Source: Flavobacteriaceae bacterium (GTDB lineage Bacteria; Bacteroidota; Bacteroidia; Flavobacteriales; Flavobacteriaceae). Taken from it: 32,000 nt of DNA. The first letter of the stretch is position 1, and every line of letters begins with the position of its first letter. Below, piece after piece: positions 25,151 to 32,000 of this stretch. The stretch is taken from positions 3,990,001-4,022,000 of the forward strand of contig OZ245049.1 in NCBI GenBank assembly GCA_965224465.1, read 5' to 3'. A program made the translations under genes and the position numbers. The notes under the pieces were generated by a model. The model was given only the letters and a program-made list of their open reading frames with translations. It was not told the origin of the DNA and did not search any database.

Positions 25151-26440
25151 ATGAGCAATAAAAAATTTTCAACAACAGCATTACACGCAGGACACGATAC
25201 TTCAAAAACAGCAGGGACTAGAGCAGTGCCTATTTATCAAACTACCTCTTATGTTTTTAATGATACCCAGCATGCCGCCAACGTTTTTAGTTTGGCAGAA
25301 CCTGGCTTTATTTACACGAGATTAAACAATCCAACCAACGATATTTTAGAAAAACGTTTGGCAGCCTTGGATGGAGGGATTGGAGCAGCAGTATTTGCTT
25401 CTGGAACAGCCGCAATTTCATCGGCTTTATTAACTTTGTTAAGAGCAGGTGACCATATTGTTGCATCAAGTACTTTATACGGAGGGACCTTTAATTTATT
25501 GAATGTTACCTTACCAAGATTAGGGATTACTACTACTTTTGTAGATGCATCGGATCCTGAGAATTTTAAAAAAGCTATTCAAGACAATACCAGAGCAGTG
25601 TTTATTGAATCTATAGGGAATCCAAAATTAGATGTATTGGACATCGAAGCAATTGCGGATATTTCTAAAGCTAATAAAATTCCATTATTAGTGGACAATA
25701 CTGTGGCGACTCCTTATTTATTAAATCCTATAGAACACGGAGCTAATTTGGTTATTTATTCTTTGACTAAGTTTATTGGAGGACAAGGAAACTCTTTAGG
25801 AGGTGCTATTGTAGATGGAGGTAACTTTGACTGGACAAGTGGTAAATTTCCAGAGTTTACAGAGCCTTCTGCGGGATACCATGGGTTAATTTATAGCGAA
25901 GCTTTAGGCGATGCTGCTTTTATAGCCAAGGTACGATTGGAAGGATTGCGAGATTTTGGGGCAGCATTGAGCCCGTTCAATGCATTTCAAATTATTCAAG
26001 GCTTAGAAACCTTATCTATTAGAATGGATAAACACAGTAAAAATGCGTTGGAATTGGCGCATTGGTTAGAAGAGCAAGAAGAAGTGAATTGGGTAAGTTA
26101 CCCAGGATTAGAGAGTCATGCATCTTATGAAAACACAAAAAAATACTTACCAAAAGGTCAGAGTGGTGTCTTATCATTTGGTGTAAAAGGAGGCTTTGAA
26201 TCTGCAAAAATCACCGTGGATAATGTCAAAATATTTTCGTTATTGGCAAATATTGGAGATACAAAATCATTGATTATTCACCCTTCAAGTACTACACATC
26301 AACAATTAACGGATGCGCAACAAGAGAAATCTGGAGTCACAAAAGACCTGATTAGATTGTCGGTAGGAATTGAAGATATCAACGATTTAAAACAAGATTT
26401 AAAAGAGGCGTTTTCTAAAATAAAGGTGTCGGCACATTAA
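25151..26440 (+). CDS. metY: O-acetylhomoserine sulfhydrylase / aminocarboxypropyltransferase (Cys/Met-metabolism PLP family)
   Basis: 429-aa ORF with the length and sequence typical of MetY/MetZ-type enzymes (TRAVPIYQTTSY, NPTNDILEKRLAALDGG). The PLP-lysine context is YSLTKFIGGQG. Confidence 0.9.
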   Translation: MSNKKFSTTALHAGHDTSKTAGTRAVPIYQTTSYVFNDTQHAANVFSLAEPGFIYTRLNNPTNDILEKRLAALDGGIGAAVFASGTAAISSALLTLLRAGDHIVASSTLYGGTFNLLNVTLPRLGITTTFVDASDPENFKKAIQDNTRAVFIESIGNPKLDVLDIEAIADISKANKIPLLVDNTVATPYLLNPIEHGANLVIYSLTKFIGGQGNSLGGAIVDGGNFDWTSGKFPEFTEPSAGYHGLIYSEALGDAAFIAKVRLEGLRDFGAALSPFNAFQIIQGLETLSIRMDKHSKNALELAHWLEEQEEVNWVSYPGLESHASYENTKKYLPKGQSGVLSFGVKGGFESAKITVDNVKIFSLLANIGDTKSLIIHPSSTTHQQLTDAQQEKSGVTKDLIRLSVGIEDINDLKQDLKEAFSKIKVSAH

Positions 26441-26514
26441 TTTTCTTAAAAATCTGTTGTATAAGAAATAGATTATACGTTTATTTGTGTCTTAGTTCAT
26501 ATACTTATTGAATA

Positions 26515-26614
26515 TTGTTATTAAGAAAGGCAGAGGGATTAGACCCGCTGAAGCCTTAGCAACCCTTTAATTTTAAAGAAGGTGCTAAATTCTACCAAAT
26601 CGGATAGATAACAA
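26515..26614 (+). promoter_or_regulatory. SAM-I (S-box) riboswitch aptamer upstream of metX-thrA-metB/Z-like operon
   Basis: The sequence matches the SAM-I consensus core almost block for block: UUAUUAAGAAAGGCAGAGGGAUUAGACCCGCUGAAGCCUUAGCAACCC..(P3 hairpin)..AAGGUGCUAAAUUCUACC..GGAUAGAUAACAA. P1 can form between 26515-26522 and 26607-26614. It lies 88 nt upstream of a methionine-biosynthesis operon. Confidence 0.85.
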
Positions 26615-26701
26615 ACGGACATAAAACCACTGGTATTTTTTCCTTCTTAATAACAATAACATTTAAGTAACATTTAAATTAATTATTGTTAGGTTTTATT
26701 C

Positions 26702-27667
26702 ATGCATCAAATTAAATACATATCCATTCCAACTATTGTTTCTGAAAAAGGAACTACCTACGAGGGTTTTAAATTGTCGTATCAAGTTTTTGGAAAAAAA
26801 ATACATTCAGCACCTGTGGTGTTGATCAATCATGCGCTTACAGGGAATTCTGATGTGGCAGGGGAGAATGGATGGTGGAAATCATTAGTAGGTATTGGTA
26901 AATTAATTGACACAGAAAAGTATACAGTGCTGTGTTTTGATATACCTGGGAATGGGTTTGCTATTAAAAACACTTCTTTTTCTTACGATGAATTTTCTGC
27001 CAAAGATGTGGCTAATTTGTTTGGTTTGGCTATTTCAGAATTAAAAATAACATCGCTTTTTGCTGCCATTGGTAGTTCTTTAGGGGGTGGGATTGCTTGG
27101 GAAATGACGGTGTTGTTTCCAAATTTAATTCAACATTTAATCCCAATAGCCTCAGATTGGAAAGCATCGGATTGGGTGTTGGGACACAATAAAGTACAGC
27201 AGCAAATTTTAGAAAATTCTTCCAAACCATTACATGATGCCCGTATGATGGCCATGCTTTTTTATCGTACCCCAGCCTCTTTTGAGCAGAAATTTAAAGG
27301 GTCAAGAAACGAGGCTATGGATATGTATAATGTAGAAAGCTGGCTGCTGCATCACGGAGAAAAATTAGAGGAGCGATTTAGTGTACACGCCTATAAAACA
27401 ATGACGCATTTGCTCAGTTCTTTTAATATTTTTAAAGGAAGAGCGTCAGAAGAGGAAGTTTTTGATAGGATCAAAGCAACGGTGCATATGGTAGGGGTAG
27501 ATTCTGATTTGTTTTTTGTGCCAGTACAGAATAAAAAGACACTGAATATATTAGTAGAAAAAGGAAAAAAAGTAAGTTATAAAGAAATAAAATCGGTCCA
27601 TGGACACGATGCGTTTTTAATAGAGTTTGAACAATTAGTGAACATATTAAGAGACGTTTTTAAATAA
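26702..27667 (+). CDS. metX: Homoserine O-acyltransferase, MetX family (short Bacteroidota form)
   Basis: 321-aa alpha/beta-hydrolase ORF with the nucleophile elbow AIGSSLGGGIAWE and the C-terminal His context VHGHDAFLIE. It is the first gene after the SAM-I riboswitch. Acetyl versus succinyl specificity cannot be read by eye. Confidence 0.85.
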   Translation: MHQIKYISIPTIVSEKGTTYEGFKLSYQVFGKKIHSAPVVLINHALTGNSDVAGENGWWKSLVGIGKLIDTEKYTVLCFDIPGNGFAIKNTSFSYDEFSAKDVANLFGLAISELKITSLFAAIGSSLGGGIAWEMTVLFPNLIQHLIPIASDWKASDWVLGHNKVQQQILENSSKPLHDARMMAMLFYRTPASFEQKFKGSRNEAMDMYNVESWLLHHGEKLEERFSVHAYKTMTHLLSSFNIFKGRASEEEVFDRIKATVHMVGVDSDLFFVPVQNKKTLNILVEKGKKVSYKEIKSVHGHDAFLIEFEQLVNILRDVFK

Positions 27668-27676
27668 AAAAGTACA

Positions 27677-30094
27677 ATGAAGATAGTTAAATTTGGAGGA
27701 AAATCATTGGCCAATGGAAAAGGAATGGAATGTACCTTGGCAATTATAGCAGCAAAAGTAGCAAGAAAAGAAAAAATAGCCTTGGTGGTTTCTGCACGAG
27801 GGAAGTCTACCGATCATTTGGAGTCTATTTTAGAAAAAGCGAAGAATAATATTCCTTACAACGAAGAGTTTGAAACGTTTAAAACATATCAAAACAATGC
27901 AGACACTTCTATTGATTTTTTAAGTGAGTTTACATTGCTAGATGAGATTTTTAGGGGCGTGAGTTTGTTAAACGATTACAGTGCTAAAATAAAAGACCAA
28001 GTATTGGCACAAGGAGAGTTGATCTCTGCAAAGTTTTTGACACATCAATTGTCAAAGAAAGGTTTGAAAGCATCTTTTGTAGATGCAAGAAAATTGATTG
28101 TAACAGATAGTGAATTCGGAAATGCGCAACCTTATAAAAGTGTTTCGGAAACGAATGTTATTGCTTATTTTGAACAAAATGACACCGATGAAATAAAGGT
28201 GATAACTGGTTTTATAGCGTCTAATCAACAAGGAGAAACAACTACTTTGGGACGCAATGGAAGTAATTATTCAGCATCGTTAATTGCCAATTATTTGAAC
28301 GCTTCTGAATTGCAAAATTACACCCATGTAAATGGAATTTACACGGCAAATCCTGACATGGTTTCTAATTCTAAAAAAATTAAAAAACTCTCGTATCAGG
28401 AAGCAAATGAAATGGCCAATTTTGGTACTAATATCTTACATGCAAAAACCATTATTCCGCTGATCGAAAAAAATATTCCTTTGCGTATTTTAAATACGTT
28501 TAATTCGGATAACGAAGGTACTTTAATAGGGAAAGCATCAGAACGTGGAGGGATTAAATCCTTGTCTGTTCAGGAAAATGTTGCATTGGTAAATCTTGTA
28601 GGACGTGGTTTGCTTGGGAAAACGGGAGTTGATGGTCGTATTTTTACCGCTTTGGGAAGAGAACATATTAGTGTGAGCATTATTTCTCAAGGATCGTCGG
28701 AACGTGGGATTGGGTTTATAGTAGATGCTAAGGATGGTTATAAGGCAAAAAAGGTATTGGAAGATGAGTTTTCTAACGAGTTCAAGCGCAGGGATATTAG
28801 TAAGATTTATATAACAGATAATGTTTCGGTAATTTCTATTATTGGTCAGAGTTTACATTCGTTTTATCAGCCGTATAGCGCCTTGATAAAAAATAGGGTA
28901 ACGCCTATTTTAATTAACAATACAGTGACAGGTGAAAATGTGTGTTTGGTAGTTAAAAAATCGGAGTTGAATAAAGCTGTGAATGTGATTCATGGTGAGA
29001 TATTTGGTGTATCTAAAAATATAAATATAGCTGTTTTTGGAAAGGGATTAGTAGGAGGTACGTTGATTGATCAAATTTTAGAGAGTAGTGCTACTATTTT
29101 AAAGCGGAAAAATATAAATTTAAATGTTTTTGCTGTTGCAGGTTCGTCCAAGCTTGTTTTGAATAAAGAAGGGGTGTCTAAACATTGGAAAAACGAATTG
29201 GAAACAAGTAGGCTTCTCAATTATGAAGTAAATGATGTGATTTCCTATGCAGAAAAACATCATTTAGAAAATTTAATAATGGTAGATAATACCGCAAGCC
29301 CAGAATTTATAAATAATTATGTTGCTTTTGTAGAAAACGGTTTTGACTTGGTCTCTTCTAATAAGGTTGCCAATACTGTTGGATATAAATTTTACAAAGA
29401 GTTAAGAGATAAATTACATTTTTATAAAAAATCATATTTATACGAGACAAACGTTGGGGCAGGATTACCTCTAATCGGAACCATTAAGTTATTACATGAC
29501 TCTGGAGAAAATATTACGAGGATTAGAGGTGTGTTTTCAGGATCGTTAAGTTATTTATTTAATATATTTTCAGCGGAAGATCGTCCTTTTTCGGAAGTGT
29601 TACAGGAAGCGATTGATCGTGGTTTTACCGAGCCAGACCCAAGAGAAGATTTATGCGGAAATGACGTGGCTCGTAAGCTGTTAATTTTAGCACGTGAGTT
29701 AGATTTGCAAAATGAGTTGGGAGATGTTGTTGTAGAGAATTTAATTCCTGAGGAATTGAGAGAAGGATCTTCACAGCAATTCTTATCAAACTTAAAGGCT
29801 TTAGATAGCGTGTTTGATAGGATTAAAAAAGATCAAAAGGAAGGACATGTATTGCGTTATATAGGTGATTTGTCTGGCGATTTACAACAAGACAAAGGGC
29901 AGCTAAAAGTCGAATTGGTTTCTGTTCCTGCAAACAGTCCATTAGGACAAATAAAAGGAGCCGATGCTATATTTGAAATTTTCACTGCGTCTTATGGCGA
30001 TGCGCCTATTGTGATTCAAGGAGCAGGTGCTGGGGCTGCTGTTACAGCAAGAGGTGTTTTTGGAGACATCATTAGGCTAGCAGATAAAAATTAA
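27677..30094 (+). CDS. thrA: Bifunctional aspartate kinase / homoserine dehydrogenase
   Basis: 805-aa ORF with an N-terminal aspartokinase (MKIVKFGGKSLANG, TLGRNGSNYSAS), central ACT-like repeats and a C-terminal homoserine dehydrogenase (VFGKGLVGG.., NVGAGLPLI, IQGAGAGAAVTA). Because it sits in a SAM-controlled met operon, it functions like metL. Confidence 0.9.
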   Translation: MKIVKFGGKSLANGKGMECTLAIIAAKVARKEKIALVVSARGKSTDHLESILEKAKNNIPYNEEFETFKTYQNNADTSIDFLSEFTLLDEIFRGVSLLNDYSAKIKDQVLAQGELISAKFLTHQLSKKGLKASFVDARKLIVTDSEFGNAQPYKSVSETNVIAYFEQNDTDEIKVITGFIASNQQGETTTLGRNGSNYSASLIANYLNASELQNYTHVNGIYTANPDMVSNSKKIKKLSYQEANEMANFGTNILHAKTIIPLIEKNIPLRILNTFNSDNEGTLIGKASERGGIKSLSVQENVALVNLVGRGLLGKTGVDGRIFTALGREHISVSIISQGSSERGIGFIVDAKDGYKAKKVLEDEFSNEFKRRDISKIYITDNVSVISIIGQSLHSFYQPYSALIKNRVTPILINNTVTGENVCLVVKKSELNKAVNVIHGEIFGVSKNINIAVFGKGLVGGTLIDQILESSATILKRKNINLNVFAVAGSSKLVLNKEGVSKHWKNELETSRLLNYEVNDVISYAEKHHLENLIMVDNTASPEFINNYVAFVENGFDLVSSNKVANTVGYKFYKELRDKLHFYKKSYLYETNVGAGLPLIGTIKLLHDSGENITRIRGVFSGSLSYLFNIFSAEDRPFSEVLQEAIDRGFTEPDPREDLCGNDVARKLLILARELDLQNELGDVVVENLIPEELREGSSQQFLSNLKALDSVFDRIKKDQKEGHVLRYIGDLSGDLQQDKGQLKVELVSVPANSPLGQIKGADAIFEIFTASYGDAPIVIQGAGAGAAVTARGVFGDIIRLADKN

Positions 30095-30115
30095 ATAGTA
30101 AAAAAAAAGCAGAAA

Positions 30116-31285
30116 ATGAAATACAGTAATTTTGAAACACAAGCAATCCGAAACCAATTGGAGCGATCTCAATTTGAGGAGCATTCGGTACCTATCTATG
30201 TAACTTCTAGTTTTGTTTTTGACGATGCAGAGGATATGAGAGCCTCGTTTTCTGAAGAGAAAGACAAGAATATATATTCTAGGTTTACCAATCCGAACAC
30301 CACGGAATTTATTGATAAAGTAGTGGCTATGGAAGGTGCAGAAGACGGATATGCTTTTGCTACCGGAATGGCAGCTGTGTTTTCTACCTTTGCTGCCTTG
30401 TTAAATAGTGGCGATCATATTGTGTCGGCAAGGGCTGTTTTTGGTTCAACTCATACCTTATTCACAAAATATTTACCCAAGTGGAATATCAGTACTTCTT
30501 ATTTTGAAAGCAACGATTTGGACGCCATAGAAAGTTTGATTACTCCTGCTACAAAAATTTTATATGCAGAGTCGCCTACCAATCCAGGCATTGATATTTT
30601 AGATTTGGAACGCTTAGGAGAGATTGCTAAAAAGCATGCGTTGTTATTGGTCATAGACAACTGTTTTGCAACTCCATATATTCAGCAGCCTATAAAATTA
30701 GGTGCGCATTTAGTCATCCATTCAGCTACTAAATTAATGGATGGACAAGGCCGTGTTCTAGGAGGAGTGGTTGTAGGAGAAAAAGAATTGATTCGAGAAA
30801 TATATTTGTTCTCTCGAAATACAGGGCCTGCAATGTCTCCATTCAATGCTTGGGTATTGTCTAAGAGCTTAGAAACGTTGGCTGTTAGATTAGATAGACA
30901 TTGTGAAAATGCAGAAAAAGTAGCAGATTTTTTGGAGAGACATAAAAATGTAAATTCAGTAAAATACCCTTTTTTACGATCTCATCCACAGTACGAAATT
31001 GCCAAAAAACAAATGAAATTAGGCGGGAATATCATCGCCTTTGAAGTCAAAGGAGGAATAGATGCTGGACGTACATTTTTAGATGCTATTCAGATGTGTT
31101 CACTTTCGGCTAATTTAGGAGATACGCGGACTATTGTTACCCATCCTGCTTCTACAACGCATAGTAAATTATCTGAAAATGAGCGCTTAAGTGTAGGTAT
31201 TACAGATGGATTGATTCGGATTTCGGTTGGTTTGGAACATGTGAGTGATATTATAGCCGATGTAGACCAAGCATTGTTAAAATAA
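30116..31285 (+). CDS. Cys/Met-metabolism PLP-dependent enzyme (cystathionine gamma-synthase / O-acylhomoserine sulfhydrylase-like)
   Basis: 389-aa ORF of the trans-sulfuration family (YSRFTNPNT, DNCFATPY). The PLP-lysine context is HSATKLMDGQG. The exact reaction (MetB, MetZ or gamma-lyase) cannot be decided from sequence by eye. Confidence 0.85.
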   Translation: MKYSNFETQAIRNQLERSQFEEHSVPIYVTSSFVFDDAEDMRASFSEEKDKNIYSRFTNPNTTEFIDKVVAMEGAEDGYAFATGMAAVFSTFAALLNSGDHIVSARAVFGSTHTLFTKYLPKWNISTSYFESNDLDAIESLITPATKILYAESPTNPGIDILDLERLGEIAKKHALLLVIDNCFATPYIQQPIKLGAHLVIHSATKLMDGQGRVLGGVVVGEKELIREIYLFSRNTGPAMSPFNAWVLSKSLETLAVRLDRHCENAEKVADFLERHKNVNSVKYPFLRSHPQYEIAKKQMKLGGNIIAFEVKGGIDAGRTFLDAIQMCSLSANLGDTRTIVTHPASTTHSKLSENERLSVGITDGLIRISVGLEHVSDIIADVDQALLK

Positions 31286-31433
31286 GCACGAGTTTTTTTA
31301 TCTAAATTGTTGTAAATCAGTTAAAATATAACAGATATGTTAAATAATAGTCAAATAACAGCCTTAAACCCTATAGACTTGGTAGGGTAATAAAATTATA
31401 GTAAGTTTGTCACGGAATAATTAAATAATTAAA

Positions 31434-31700
31434 ATGATTGTAGAGCAATTAATTGATAGCAAGAAAAATGGTGGGCCATCGGTTTTTGAAGATGATAAGA
31501 ATTCTGAAAAGCCTATGAGAAGCATCCTAAAATCCATTAGTTGGCGTATTATTGGGACCTTAGATACGGTGTTGATCTCATGGTTTGTGACAGGAGATAC
31601 TGCCATGGCGCTTTCAATTGGTTCTGTAGAATTGGTAACAAAAATGGTTTTGTACTTCTTTCACGAAAGATTGTGGAATCGAATAAAATGGGGTAAATAA
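31434..31700 (+). CDS. DUF2061-type small membrane protein
   Basis: 88-aa ORF whose C-terminal roughly 60 aa match the DUF2061 pattern (KSISWRIIGTLDTVLISWFVTGD..SIGSVELVTKMVLYFFHERLWNRIKWG). An alternative start is ATG 31515 (MRSILKS). Its stop overlaps the next start (TAATG). Confidence 0.7.
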   Translation: MIVEQLIDSKKNGGPSVFEDDKNSEKPMRSILKSISWRIIGTLDTVLISWFVTGDTAMALSIGSVELVTKMVLYFFHERLWNRIKWGK

Positions 31701-32000
31701 TGGATATTGATAAAATAAATAAACAATTAAAGGGGAAGTCACCTCAGGTGATTATAAAATGGGCAATGGAATTTGCGAAAAAACCATTGGTAACTACCAA
31801 TTTTAGGCCCTACGAAGTGGCAATTTTACACGCATGTACACAAGTAGATAAAGAGTTAAAAGTGATTTGGTGTGATACGGGATATAATACTCCAAACACC
31901 TATAAACATGCGAACGAGCTTATTGAGAGCTTGGATTTGAACGTGTTTTTATACGTGCCAAAACAGACCGCTGCTCACAGAGATGCTACTATGGGGATTC
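31700..32000 (+). CDS. cysH: Phosphoadenosine phosphosulfate (PAPS/APS) reductase family protein, 5' part only (runs off window)
   Basis: Hand-translated from ATG 31700: MDIDKINKQLKGKSPQVIIKWAMEFAKKPLVTTNFRPYEVAILHACTQVDKELKVIWCDTGYNTPNTYKHANELIESLDLNVFLYVPKQT... This has the PAPS-reductase-like N-terminal layout (the xDTGY nucleotide-binding loop). The frame is still open at the window end. Confidence 0.65.
   Translation, partial: MDIDKINKQLKGKSPQVIIKWAMEFAKKPLVTTNFRPYEVAILHACTQVDKELKVIWCDTGYNTPNTYKHANELIESLDLNVFLYVPKQTAAHRDATMGI

Noticed and set aside
26621-26645. A possible transcription terminator for the SAM-I riboswitch (AAAACCACTGGTATTTTTT).
   Set aside because: The only pairing available (ACCA/TGGT) leaves a 1-nt loop, so there is no viable hairpin before the T-run. 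I therefore proposed a translational platform rather than a terminator.
131-31606. Twenty ORFs of 61-109 aa in the ORF track lie inside or antisense to larger genes. They are 131-334, 1322-1543, 3199-3528, 3580-3843, 4065-4391, 4440-4700, 6689-6994, 7028-7228, 7477-7695, 9206-9397, 9440-9757, 9667-9873, 11942-12172, 19499-19684, 20743-20949, 22194-22391, 24382-24591, 26019-26207, 27030-27230 and 31421-31606.
   Set aside because: Each overlaps a long ORF with unmistakable family signatures. Their translations are low-complexity or compositionally odd, with no recognisable motifs. They are ordinary shadow ORFs.
1-32000. A search by eye for tRNA/rRNA genes, CRISPR arrays, transposases, integrases, toxin-antitoxin pairs or defence-system genes.
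   Set aside because: I recognised no tRNA-like T-arm or acceptor signatures, no regularly spaced direct repeats of 25-40 nt, and no ORFs with recombinase, nuclease-helicase or other defence-type motifs. Apart from the non-coding elements listed, the window is housekeeping in character.

Overview
This is an AT-rich chromosomal segment that looks like a Flavobacteriia (Bacteroidota) core-genome region. The signs are GLPGLI-family, CarboxypepD_reg/outer-membrane-barrel and DUF5686 proteins, TAnnTTTG-type promoter boxes and almost no Shine-Dalgarno sequences. About 25 protein genes are supported. They are a nuclease-nupC-thyA string, etfBA, pdhB, a DUF5686 protein, soluble (ppa) and membrane (hppA) pyrophosphatases, an S9/DPP-IV peptidase and a deoxynucleoside kinase. 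There is also a histidine kinase/response regulator pair divergent from a GLPGLI + outer-membrane barrel pair. The last third is a sulfur amino-acid supercluster: metK, proC, metY, metX-thrA-metB/Z-like, and DUF2061-cysH (cysH runs off the window). I saw no rRNA, tRNA, CRISPR, transposase or phage genes. The most interesting content is non-coding. (i) Two tandem Met/Cys-codon-rich mini-ORFs, each followed by an intrinsic terminator, sit in the metY leader and may form a double leader-peptide attenuator. (ii) A clear SAM-I riboswitch precedes metX and has a 15-nt perfect anti-P1 segment. (iii) A repeat family of roughly 75-160 nt occurs three times, always in sense orientation between a gene stop and its terminator, and one copy supplies the last codons and stop of hppA. 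(iv) Three TTAAC repeats at exact 10-nt phasing lie in the two-component/GLPGLI divergent promoter region. (v) A gene-free gap of about 1 kb separates metK from proC. All coordinates of small elements were indexed by hand and may be off by 1-2 nt.
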